The notes beneath the pieces were generated by a model that ran no database searches, was not told the DNA's origin, and saw only the letters and a program-made list of their open reading frames with translations. Of a stretch of DNA of 64,000 nt, positions 49,273 through 57,902 are shown one piece after another. The position numbers and the translations under genes were made by a program. The stretch lies in the NCBI GenBank assembly GCA_049325595.1, contig JBMOLF010000015.1, forward strand, positions 32,001-96,000, read 5' to 3'. The first letter of the stretch is position 1, and each line of letters begins with the position of its first letter. The DNA comes from Candidatus Babelota bacterium (GTDB taxonomy: Bacteria > Babelota > Babeliae > Babelales > Vermiphilaceae).

Positions 49273-49680
49273 ATGCAGAATTTTCATATGAAAAAAGTTA
49301 TTGCGGCCGTTTTTGCAAAAGATGGCAAAGTTCTGATAGCGCAACGAGCAAAAAAAGATGTGCTTTTTGGTAAATGGGAATTTCCTGGTGGCAAGCTTGA
49401 AGACAATGAAACCGAACATGAGTGTTTAAAGCGTGAACTATTTGAAGAGCTTGGTATACATGTTGAAGTCGGTTCTTACATCTGCTCAAGTTATTTTGAA
49501 CACAAAAACGCACCCTATGAAATGAGGGCATATTTTGTTACTTCATATTCCGGTGAATTTGTTTTGCATGAGCATCAAGAAATCAAATGGGTTGCTCATG
49601 AAGAACTATCTGAGTACGATATGCCAGAACCGGATAAGCCTATAGTGGAAAAGCTACTTGAAATTAATATGAAGAAATAA
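49273..49680 (+). CDS. Nudix hydrolase (MutT/NudG-like), copy a
   Basis: WEFPGGKLEDNETEHECLKRELFEELG Nudix box; start may be 49288. Confidence 0.92.
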   Translation: MQNFHMKKVIAAVFAKDGKVLIAQRAKKDVLFGKWEFPGGKLEDNETEHECLKRELFEELGIHVEVGSYICSSYFEHKNAPYEMRAYFVTSYSGEFVLHEHQEIKWVAHEELSEYDMPEPDKPIVEKLLEINMKK

Positions 49681-49862
49681 ATAATTAATTGTTAAATTTT
49701 AATTAAACAGACTAACGTTAGTATTAGGTTATATCACTAACGCTTTTTTTATTAAGTTTTATTTGTTCATTAAGAAGCCTAAATAAAATCTGCTAGACTC
49801 TTTTGATAGATTGAATGTGCAAAATAAGTTCCTTAATAAACAACTTTCAATAGTTGTAACTG

Positions 49863-50279
49863 CTATTTACTCTTTTTGCGAGCATGAATAGCTTTTGATG
49901 TTGGTGAAGAAGTAGGTTGTTTTTTAAGTGGGCTTTTCTTAATAGGAGTGGTAATAGCTACCGTTACACTTGCTTTGGTTGTTGATCGTTTTTTTGGAGC
50001 AACCGTTATGGTTATTGCTTGGCCTAAAATATTTAAAAAGCGAAAAAGCCTTTCAAGAGAAAATCCTGATAATTTCCCTTTACTCAGCGCAGAAATTTTT
50101 GGTTGATCAATAGAAAGCAGTTCAGCTGCTGCTGCTTGCGTAAGGCCTTGTTGCTTGATTAAAGTATTGATTTGTCGGGCAAGCTCTGCCTTAGCAAGAC
50201 GTTCTTCTGGATTTGCAACACCAAGATCAGCAAATACATTTCCTGAACTTACTTCATAATCATTAGTATGTTTTTTCAT
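49863..50279 (-). CDS. XRE-family HTH antitoxin
   Basis: SSGNVFADLG..LTQAAAAELLSIDQPKISAL..GFSLERL; directly downstream of the toxin. Confidence 0.9.
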   Translation of the reverse strand: MKKHTNDYEVSSGNVFADLGVANPEERLAKAELARQINTLIKQQGLTQAAAAELLSIDQPKISALSKGKLSGFSLERLFRFLNILGQAITITVAPKKRSTTKASVTVAITTPIKKSPLKKQPTSSPTSKAIHARKKSK

Positions 50280-50283
50280 GGCC

Positions 50284-50646
50284 TTACTTCTTCTTAAATT
50301 TTTCTTTATAAATTTCTTCAGCTAATTTCAATCTACTTTTTATAAGCTCTATGTCTTGTTGTGGTGTTTTAATGCCCTGCTTTGATTTCTTTTGAAAAGC
50401 ATGAAGCACAAACACTACTTCAGGCATGGTAACCGTGTACACTACCCGATAGGTTCCAGCAGCATCAGAATCTTTAATTTCAATAACACCAGCACTACCA
50501 AATCCTTTAAGAACTTTTGCATGTTCAGGCATTTGACCCTTTTGAGCAAGGTATAACCCATAGCCCATGGAGTCTATCACCTCATCAGGGAGATCTTGTA
50601 AATCTTTTTTGCTTGAGCCAATCCAGATCAGTTCTTTGTGTTTCAT
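50284..50646 (-). CDS. RelE/HigB-type (phage Gp49-like) toxin
   Basis: WIGSSKKDL, GTYRVVY and VLHAFQKKSKQG.KTP motifs. Confidence 0.9.
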   Translation of the reverse strand: MKHKELIWIGSSKKDLQDLPDEVIDSMGYGLYLAQKGQMPEHAKVLKGFGSAGVIEIKDSDAAGTYRVVYTVTMPEVVFVLHAFQKKSKQGIKTPQQDIELIKSRLKLAEEIYKEKFKKK

Positions 50647-50761
50647 TTTTGCTACTCAGTTAAAATTATACCATATTTGGCATAATTTAACAATAATTTA
50701 ACTCAAAGGCAAAAAGTATGCAAAATTGTTTATAGTTAGATTATTTCTTTAAGCAGCAACC

Positions 50762-51898
50762 CTATCTTTTTATAAATTTCTTATACTGCTTATTAATCGG
50801 TTCGAATTTGACCAATTGTTCCCGCAATGCCTTAAAATGATCAAGAGCCCTAGACAGTTGTATCTTGCTTACATCTGCAATGAGTCGTTGCCAGCTTCGC
50901 GGCGAGCAGCGTGAAAACATAGTTCTTAATTCACGCATGTCCATGATTTCAAGCACTTTTTTAAAGCCATACAGCTGTAATAGTTGTTTTGGCCCTAAAT
51001 TGGGATTATTAAACATTAAATCAACGAGCAAGGCTTTACCATTGGTTGATTGGTAATCAAGCAATAGCGGGCGCTTGCTAACGAGTTCATCAAAATAATG
51101 TAACAAAACCTTTTTAGAAATCGCGGGTTTGAACATTTTTTTAAAGGTTACATCAGTTTTAATACCAAGCTTGGTGAACAACTCTTTAATTTTAACGCGC
51201 TTGTTTAACCGCACTTCCATGCGTAGCACTTCAAACTTAGTGCGTCTTTTTTGCAATTGTTCGTGGGTGGTTAATTGAAGTTCGTTATCTTTTTCAACTG
51301 CTCGCTTATTACTGGTCTGAGCTTTTTCAAGATCGCGAATTTTATCATAGAAAGCGACTTCATAATAATTGGTAAGCCATTTAAAACTGTGGCCGGCATT
51401 GCGATAGGCAGTTTCATTTACATCAAGTGAGAGCTTGGTGTTAGCTTCTTTGATTTTGTTAATGTAAAAATGTGGCGTTGAGCCATCGGTTAAACACATG
51501 TTTTTTGAATAATGGATGGCAGATACGGGTGCTGATGCGATTGCAGTTGAGGTTGTGCATATGCCCATTGCTTGTAGCGTTGCTACTAGTTTGTTAATGA
51601 TGGATGGAAAATCTTTGTAACGCAGTTCGCTAAAATTGTTGCCAAATACGAGCTTGGGTAATGACAGTTCAATTTTAAGAATAATTTCTGGTTTGCCTAA
51701 AAGATTATAACGATATGCAAGAGTAAGACGCGGCTTATAGATTCCTTTTGTGAGTTCTTTTTTTAAAGGGTTTTGCTTTGATTGCATGCCACGTTCAATT
51801 TTTTTTGAAAGTGCCCATGCTGCTGATGGGATAAATAACTCTGGATCGGTAATTTCAAACAAATCTCTACTCAGGGTAATAACTATCGTGTCAATCAT
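50762..51898 (-). CDS. Putative rolling-circle replication initiator (Rep_trans / filamentous phage gpII-X / CRI-like)
   Basis: MIDT start, ELSLPKLVFGNN, VSAIHYSKN, AY, AFYDK and LRMEVRL occur in the order expected for this superfamily. Confidence 0.62.
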   Translation of the reverse strand: MIDTIVITLSRDLFEITDPELFIPSAAWALSKKIERGMQSKQNPLKKELTKGIYKPRLTLAYRYNLLGKPEIILKIELSLPKLVFGNNFSELRYKDFPSIINKLVATLQAMGICTTSTAIASAPVSAIHYSKNMCLTDGSTPHFYINKIKEANTKLSLDVNETAYRNAGHSFKWLTNYYEVAFYDKIRDLEKAQTSNKRAVEKDNELQLTTHEQLQKRRTKFEVLRMEVRLNKRVKIKELFTKLGIKTDVTFKKMFKPAISKKVLLHYFDELVSKRPLLLDYQSTNGKALLVDLMFNNPNLGPKQLLQLYGFKKVLEIMDMRELRTMFSRCSPRSWQRLIADVSKIQLSRALDHFKALREQLVKFEPINKQYKKFIKR

Positions 51899-52015
51899 GA
51901 TGCTCGCTACAAGGTGATATTATTTTGCATGCATCAAGGATAAAAGAGATGGTAATAAAGACAAGCGTAAATGATTAGTTAATATTTGAGAATTTCGTGT
52001 ATTGGTTCGTGACTT

Positions 52016-52243
52016 TTATCGAGTAAGCAATAGATAAAGAATTACAGCGATAATAATTGCTAATAAAGAAGCCCGCTCAATGAGCGAGCCTACTGTGCGC
52101 CCTTGATTGGGAGCTTTTGATTGTTTGGTTTTTGAACTGCTTATACGCTTATCAATGGTGGCCAGTATCTGAAAGAACGTAGCCAATCGTTGTTGATCTG
52201 AAAAAGACAATAGTCTTTGTGTTGTTTGCTTTTTTAGAGACAT
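52016..52243 (-). CDS. Small hypothetical protein upstream of rep
   Basis: 75 aa ORF co-oriented with rep; amphipathic RLATFFQILATIDKR helix; hydrophobic C-terminus. Confidence 0.45.
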   Translation of the reverse strand: MSLKKQTTQRLLSFSDQQRLATFFQILATIDKRISSSKTKQSKAPNQGRTVGSLIERASLLAIIIAVILYLLLTR

Positions 52244-52303
52244 AAAAAAATTGTTGATTGTTAGATCAATTTAAAAATAAATAATACTTAAGTGGATTAC
52301 TTA

Positions 52304-53206
52304 GAGCCTATCCGGAAATTAAATTTTTCTAAGAACAATGATCTGGCAAGCAAATTGAAGTAGAGCTAGATGATTGTTTGCTAACTTATCCCATCGTATT
52401 AAAAGTCGCCTGAATCGAGTTATCCAAGAAAAAGTGCGTTCAACGCCCCATCGAAATTTAAGGTTAACTTTTTGAGAAATTTGATTTCTGCGCTTGTTGC
52501 AACTAATTCTGAAAGAGTACCCTCGACTTGCCAAATATTTTCGAATAAAAGATGCATCGAATGCTGCGTCTAGTTCAATGGTTTTGAATGGTAATATTCG
52601 ACTATAAATTTGATTGGCAATTGTTGAAATAAATGTTTTTGAATCATGCGTATTACCAGCAAAAAGATTTATTGCCAACGGAATGCCATTTTTATCAATT
52701 AAAAGAGCTTTTTTTGTTCCTAACTTCCTCCGATCAACTGGACTTAAGCCTGTTTCTTGGCCACCAAGCGGAGCTTTTGCATGACTGCAATCAAAGGATT
52801 GATTTTGCAAATTAAGCCCTATAAATCGATCATATTTTTCAAGAGCATGATGCCATGCTTGTGCAAAAAAATCAGTTTTTACTAGTCTTTGAAAGTGCTC
52901 ATGAATTGTTGATGAAGGACCAAAACATTTTGGTAAAGCGTTCCATTGACAGCCAGTTTTCAATAGATAAAATATGCCTTGTAAAATTGCTAATGGCTCA
53001 CTTTTAGGCCTGCCTTTTTTAATTTTTTGTGGCATAAATTTTAAAAGATGTAATACTTGTTCATCATTCATCAAAAACTTTTTTGATATGCATGTTGCAA
53101 AGCATGTATTCATAAAATCCTCTCTTCTTTTTTTTCATCGGAAATTTAGAGAGGATTTTACTTTTTAATACCTATTTTTTCAAATTATGATTTTCCGGAT
53201 AGGCTC
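52304..53206 (-). mobile_element. IS5-family insertion sequence (903 bp)
   Basis: Perfect 15-bp terminal inverted repeats GAGCCTATCCGGAAA (52304-52318, 53192-53206); 3-bp TTA target duplication (52301-52303, 53207-53209). Confidence 0.93.
52319..53113 (-). CDS. IS5-family DDE transposase
   Basis: GIFYLLKTGCQWNALP, FDCSHAKAP, ELDAAFD and RWGVERTFSWI..FRRL..RWD motifs. Confidence 0.93.
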   Translation of the reverse strand: MNTCFATCISKKFLMNDEQVLHLLKFMPQKIKKGRPKSEPLAILQGIFYLLKTGCQWNALPKCFGPSSTIHEHFQRLVKTDFFAQAWHHALEKYDRFIGLNLQNQSFDCSHAKAPLGGQETGLSPVDRRKLGTKKALLIDKNGIPLAINLFAGNTHDSKTFISTIANQIYSRILPFKTIELDAAFDASFIRKYLASRGYSFRISCNKRRNQISQKVNLKFRWGVERTFSWITRFRRLLIRWDKLANNHLALLQFACQIIVLRKI

Positions 53207-53367
53207 TTAATAAGAAAGCTCAAATGAAGAGCTGAATGATTCAGAAATGCATTTGCAATCTAAGAGCCATGATGACGTATGCAAATGCTCGTGCGGCCTA
53301 TAGATGTATGGATTCATGGGATTACTCTCTTGCATAGATTGCTTTTGATGTTACTACTTGATTGGCA

Positions 53368-53395
53368 AGTATATCTAATTTAATGGTTAACTCAA
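53368..53395 (-). promoter_or_regulatory. Putative sigma70 promoter in R2a, pointing toward rep
   Basis: TTGAGT-N16-TATACT; the R2b equivalent is TTGCAC-N16-TATACT (58042-58069). Confidence 0.5.
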
Positions 53396-53414
53396 GCGAA
53401 ATCGAGTGAAAAGC

Positions 53415-53447
53415 AAAGAAGGCTGTATCTGTTACAGCCTTCTTTTT
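53415..53447. terminator. Bidirectional-looking intrinsic terminator
   Basis: AAAGAAGGCTGTA / TACAGCCTTCTTT stem. Confidence 0.8.
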
Positions 53448-53462
53448 AAACAGCTTAACTAT

Positions 53463-54293
53463 TTAATCTTTTAATTTTTCTAAATATTTTATAGCTTCTT
53501 GATTGCCACTATCTTTGATCCATTCACGGAGTGTTTTACGATCTAGACTCCAGCTAAATTCCAGTGGTTGATTATTAATAAAATTTGAGCCAAATATTTT
53601 TTGTACCGTATCAATAATTAAAGCAAGAATTTGTGTATTGGAGGTATTCTCTACACCTAAATAGATTTTATATTCATCTTCGATTCCTAAGTAGAAAACT
53701 TTGAGGAGCTCATTTCCAATTTTATTAGTGAAGGTAAATCGATTATTGATAAAAAAATTATTAAGGGCACCTAAAATTATGGCACTTACTTCTTCGCTTT
53801 TGCATAAAATTCCTTCATTGGAAGTTGATACATTGAATAATGACAAGTAATTTTTCAAATCTTGTTTTGTTATTGTCTGCTTTTGATTTTTTATGCTATT
53901 TATTAAACTATTAATTTGACCTTTTGCATCCGGAATCTTTGCAAAATGAACTAATGCTTCTTTTAAAATTCTTAAAGTTTTTTGTTGAATGTTGGGATTA
54001 TCATAATTACCAGAAGCCAATGCTGTTAAAGAAAGATCAAATTTTTGATTGAGTATTTTTTTAATAGATTCTTTGTTTTCTTTTATATAGTGAGCGATTG
54101 CTTTATTAACTTGTGCATAGTTACTTAAAAGAGTAAGTGCTTCATCACGAGTGCTTGATGTATTTAATATTTGTTTTATTATTTCTGTAGTTTGTAACTC
54201 ATAAGGCAAATCAGTAAATTTTAGTAGGTTTTTTTCCATAGTGGAAACATCCATGACTATCAATGAGCCTAAGAGTAAATAATATAATTTCAT
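53463..54293 (-). CDS. Secreted F-box-like protein (paralog of 60558-61373)
   Basis: Signal peptide then FTDLPYELQTTEIIKQIL; shares TRDEALTLL.NYAQVNKAIA.YIKENK with the 60558 paralog. Confidence 0.7.
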   Translation of the reverse strand: MKLYYLLLGSLIVMDVSTMEKNLLKFTDLPYELQTTEIIKQILNTSSTRDEALTLLSNYAQVNKAIAHYIKENKESIKKILNQKFDLSLTALASGNYDNPNIQQKTLRILKEALVHFAKIPDAKGQINSLINSIKNQKQTITKQDLKNYLSLFNVSTSNEGILCKSEEVSAIILGALNNFFINNRFTFTNKIGNELLKVFYLGIEDEYKIYLGVENTSNTQILALIIDTVQKIFGSNFINNQPLEFSWSLDRKTLREWIKDSGNQEAIKYLEKLKD

Positions 54294-54562
54294 ACCAGGT
54301 CCTTCAGAGGTATTTATTTTCTTAGTATATATCCACTAATATACCAAAATAACAATTCAAATTGTAATATTTTTTTGTTTAGATTGCATAGATATAAATA
54401 AACTAACTTATTAAAATGCATCAGAAGTAATTTTTTGTAAAAGAGATTCAAATTTTTTAACTAAATTTTTGTTTTAATCCTAAAACTGAATATGCGGTTG
54501 GGATGCGTTATAAAGTAAATCCAAACTCAATTTTTCCGTTCCTGAACGCGTCTATTAAGTCT

Positions 54563-54651
54563 AGCTAGTCTTCGTTCTCAAGAACTTTGTCTAGCATTCT
54601 TCTACGTTAAAAACTTCGTAGGACAAGAGCCATCAAATTTAAAAGCGATTT
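54563..54651 (+). repeat. Structured direct repeat R1, copy b
   Basis: Lies 5451 bp downstream of copy a; 84 of 89 bases identical. Confidence 0.92.
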
Positions 54652-54949
54652 TGTAGAAATACTGACTTTTTTATTGTTTTCTTTTTAATGCGCATGGAAT
54701 TTTTTGCGTTTACATTTCATAATAAAAAAATTGAATCTATTCTGCAGTAACTAGTTCAGAGGCTCATTCATAGCTTTTCCAAAATAATAATTATATGTAG
54801 CTTAATCCTTAAATAATTTAAGCTACACTAATTTTAAGTGGGAGGTTATGATAGCGATTTAAATTAGAAAAATAGAAATATATAAATAATAATGTACAAA
54901 AGAAGAGCTCTAATATAATTAAATCTTTTTTATCATATATCTGTTTTTA

Positions 54950-55513
54950 TTACTGAAGTGCTATGCGATAGAACAAATATGGAAGTTTATATGATAAGAT
55001 CATTGCAAAATATATTTTTAAGAAAAGACCAAGCATAGAAATATTAAATGGCCAATTTAATGCCCGTATTACTGCTATAAGACATTTTTGAAACCATGTG
55101 TTGGCCAGCTCTTTAGGACTCACTAAATCTTTTTTGCTCGGAAACGCACATATGCCTATAATTATACCCAGGGTGTATAATGCCAAGCTCGCCGTGTAAT
55201 ATATGGATGACGTTGCATAATTAAAATTGTTGCCTAAAGTGTAAATGGTACTTACAACATGTGGAAAGGTTAAAAACATGCAAATTAAAGAATTTACAAA
55301 AAATGGTGCAATACCTATCAATAGATCAATGTAAAATTTTTCATTTTTTTCATGTATTACATAGCCGCTGGCCTCTGAGCTAAAGCTTAAGTAGCGAACT
55401 TTGAGAACTCGGACATTAAAAATATCGCAAAAAAAACGATGTGCGATTTCATGAATTATAATGCCGGGACTGGTTATGATTGTTATTGCATGTGGTGGAA
55501 TCCAAATTATCAT
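54950..55513 (-). CDS. Membrane zinc metalloprotease-like protein (HExxH)
   Basis: PGIIIHEIAHRFFC, GYVIHE, IAPF and PS..D motifs; several TM helices. Confidence 0.75.
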   Translation of the reverse strand: MIIWIPPHAITIITSPGIIIHEIAHRFFCDIFNVRVLKVRYLSFSSEASGYVIHEKNEKFYIDLLIGIAPFFVNSLICMFLTFPHVVSTIYTLGNNFNYATSSIYYTASLALYTLGIIIGICAFPSKKDLVSPKELANTWFQKCLIAVIRALNWPFNISMLGLFLKIYFAMILSYKLPYLFYRIALQ

Positions 55514-55515
55514 AA

Positions 55516-55941
55516 TTACCCTCGAATAAATGATGCTTTGAAATCATCGTGATATTGTTTTGGCAGATATGTTACCAGTTCTTTAATTTGAGCGTCTGTA
55601 TATGTTTTATTGGGTTGGCTGTAGAAGTAGCTCAATGCGTAATCATAAAACTCAGGTTGTGTATCGCTTTGCGCAAAGCAACATTGAATAAGTCGTTTTT
55701 GAGCGTGCTCAAATGAATTATAGTTTTCTACTAGTTTAAGAAATTTTTGTGCTGCCCTTTCGTAATTTTTTTGTGAAAAATGAAGTTCTGCGATTAATAT
55801 TTTTTTGTGTAAATGTTTGAGGTTTTTTAATTCAAACACAAAAAAACGGATAAGTACTGCGATAAAGATAATAATAAGTATTAGACCAAATAGTTTTATA
55901 ACTAATGGGTAGGTATGTTTGGGTAAAAATTGATCATGCAT
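55516..55941 (-). CDS. Membrane-anchored TPR-like protein
   Basis: Probable start MHDQ after GGAG; TM helix then AELHFSQKNYERAAQKFLKLVE. Confidence 0.55.
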   Translation of the reverse strand: MHDQFLPKHTYPLVIKLFGLILIIIFIAVLIRFFVFELKNLKHLHKKILIAELHFSQKNYERAAQKFLKLVENYNSFEHAQKRLIQCCFAQSDTQPEFYDYALSYFYSQPNKTYTDAQIKELVTYLPKQYHDDFKASFIRG

Positions 55942-56139
55942 TGCGGTCTCCAAAAAACTGTGGCAATACTAGCAATAAATTACTAGAACGGCAATTTTTT
56001 TCTGAACGTAGTATGCACTGTTAAAATAGAGGGTAGGAATAAATTGCTGAATAATTAACCTATTATTTGTCATTGCTTGATAATGACCATAAACTACAAT
56101 CAGTAAATGTTTAAAATTTAATAGCAAAGTAATTAAACT

Positions 56140-56679
56140 ATGAAAAAACATTTTGTGTGTTTCTTGTACTTAGGATCTATTGTTGCTGGAGAACAAATTG
56201 ATTTGCTCAAGAACTATAATCTGCGAGAGCCATATTATCCATCGTATGTTGATTTAAATCACTATGGGTTTTGTTTACGCGCTGCAAAAGATTTGCCTGC
56301 GGGAACCGTTGTGGCGACGGCAAATTTTGAAGAAAGCAATAATCCTTATATTGCCAATCACTCTGATCCTGAATATAAATATGTTGCATTAGTAGATGTG
56401 AATGCTGAAGGTATTCCAACGTGGGGAAGAATTAGAGGAAAATGGGCATTTTGTAATCATTCCTGTGATCCTAACTGTGATATTAAGCCCGGATGGATTA
56501 TTACCACGAATCGTTTTATACAACAAGGTGATGAACTTACTACTTCTTATGATGCATATATACCAGGTTTTGCATGGCCTGATAATTGGAATTTTTCCTG
56601 TTTATGTCAGACTGCCAACTGCAAGAAATTTATTACTGGGTATCGATTTGATATGATATATCCGCTAGCTCGTCAATAA
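56140..56679 (+). CDS. SET-domain lysine methyltransferase with post-SET Cys motif, probably secreted
   Basis: GFCLRA, NHSCDPN, ELTTSY and CLCQTANC motifs; short N-terminal signal. Confidence 0.88.
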   Translation: MKKHFVCFLYLGSIVAGEQIDLLKNYNLREPYYPSYVDLNHYGFCLRAAKDLPAGTVVATANFEESNNPYIANHSDPEYKYVALVDVNAEGIPTWGRIRGKWAFCNHSCDPNCDIKPGWIITTNRFIQQGDELTTSYDAYIPGFAWPDNWNFSCLCQTANCKKFITGYRFDMIYPLARQ

Positions 56680-56700
56680 GATATACAACGGGATGTATCA

Positions 56701-57099
56701 ATGAATAATTCGGTTACAAAAAAAGTAATTGCGGCAGTATTGGTAAAAGATAATACCGTGCTGATAGCCCAGCGCGCAAAGCCAGATGTGAACTATGATA
56801 AATGGGAATTTCCTGGTGGCAAGCTTGAAGACAATGAAACCGAACATGAGTGTTTAAAGCGTGAACTATTTGAAGAGCTTGGTATACATGTTGAAGTCGG
56901 TTCTTACATCTGCTCAAGTTATTTTGAACACAAAAACGCACCCTATGAAATGAGGGCATATTTTGTTACTTCATATTCCGGTGAATTTGTTTTGCATGAG
57001 CATCAAGAAATCAAATGGGTTGCTCATGAAGAACTATCTGAGTACGATATGCCAGAACCGGATAAGCCTATAGTGGAAAAGCTTCTTGAGATTATTTAA
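56701..57099 (+). CDS. Nudix hydrolase, copy b
   Basis: Nudix box; 56799-57083 appears identical to 49371-49655. Confidence 0.92.
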   Translation: MNNSVTKKVIAAVLVKDNTVLIAQRAKPDVNYDKWEFPGGKLEDNETEHECLKRELFEELGIHVEVGSYICSSYFEHKNAPYEMRAYFVTSYSGEFVLHEHQEIKWVAHEELSEYDMPEPDKPIVEKLLEII

Positions 57100-57101
57100 T
57101 T

Positions 57102-57431
57102 TTATCTACCGCGAGCAAGTGCTGCAGCATAATTAAATTGATAAAAATAATCTTGCCATTCTTGGTCAGTTGATTGGTATTCATTGTCAAATGCAAAATG
57201 ATCAACAAGTAAATACCGGGCGCGGCATAGTTCTTTAAGACGTTTTTTGTTTTTAGGATCAGCGATGGTAAGATCTAATAATTCTAACGCACGTTCAAAA
57301 GCTTGTCGGCTGTATTCAGAGTTTTTATTTTTCCATTCTATAGTACGCTCAATATCCATGCCAACATTGGCAAGTTGTTCAAAAAGGGTAAATTTGAACC
57401 ATCGCTCGTGAGTTAAATCTTTATGTATCAT
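57102..57431 (-). CDS. Conserved hypothetical helical protein, coupled to the DUF5674-like gene
   Basis: FEQLANVG.DIER, AFERALELLDLTI.DPK..RLKELCRAR; ATGA overlap with the upstream gene. Confidence 0.7.
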   Translation of the reverse strand: MIHKDLTHERWFKFTLFEQLANVGMDIERTIEWKNKNSEYSRQAFERALELLDLTIADPKNKKRLKELCRARYLLVDHFAFDNEYQSTDQEWQDYFYQFNYAAALARGR

Positions 57432-57775
57432 GGTTTTACCAATTTCATTACAATTTTAATAATTTTTTGTTGGATTTGAGGATTTTCAACAGTTCGTGAG
57501 CGATTTCCTTGGCTAGGACGCAAATTAATCATCGAATCAAATTTAATAAATTCTGGTTTTCCCCAATGTTGCGGATACAGATTAATTCCCCAAAGATTTT
57601 CTTGTTTTGAGTCATATTTTTCGAGCAACCAGGTTTCTTGGTCGACATGCATTGGTGCATCAACAATCATTACTTCTTTTTCAACGTCTACTACGGCTTT
57701 GACTAATGCCTCAAACATTTTAGTGGACATTTGTTTAAGTTCTTCAAGAAAAATTTCTTTTTCTACCAGTTTCAT
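57428..57775 (-). CDS. DUF5674-like protein
   Basis: VKAVVDVEKE, SKQENLWGINLYP and FDSMINLRPSQGNRSR motifs; probable start 57775. Confidence 0.7.
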   Translation of the reverse strand: MKLVEKEIFLEELKQMSTKMFEALVKAVVDVEKEVMIVDAPMHVDQETWLLEKYDSKQENLWGINLYPQHWGKPEFIKFDSMINLRPSQGNRSRTVENPQIQQKIIKIVMKLVKP

Positions 57776-57902
57776 AAATCTTCCATTTTTACTAAATTTA
57801 ATAGCCAATACTAAAAAGATTACACGCTAATCTTCAAAGTTCAACTTATATGGCTATAAGTTAATCTTTTCTTGTTTTTTATAGGTATCTTAATTATAAA
57901 AA

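Larger units (their letters stand above)
53234..53447. repeat. Structured repeat R2, copy a (small ORF/leader, promoter, terminator)
   Basis: Aligns along its whole length with 57903-58122; identical 5' block GAATGATTCAGAAATGCATTTGCAATC. Confidence 0.88.

Noticed and set aside
50762..54293. Complete filamentous prophage
   Set aside because: No Zot/pI-like ATPase or cluster of small coat genes next to rep; the 61693 ATPase is an ABC-like type.
54540..54570. Classical attR made of a duplicated tRNA 3' end
   Set aside because: Only about 5 nt overlap the tRNA end; the T arm and acceptor stem are not duplicated.
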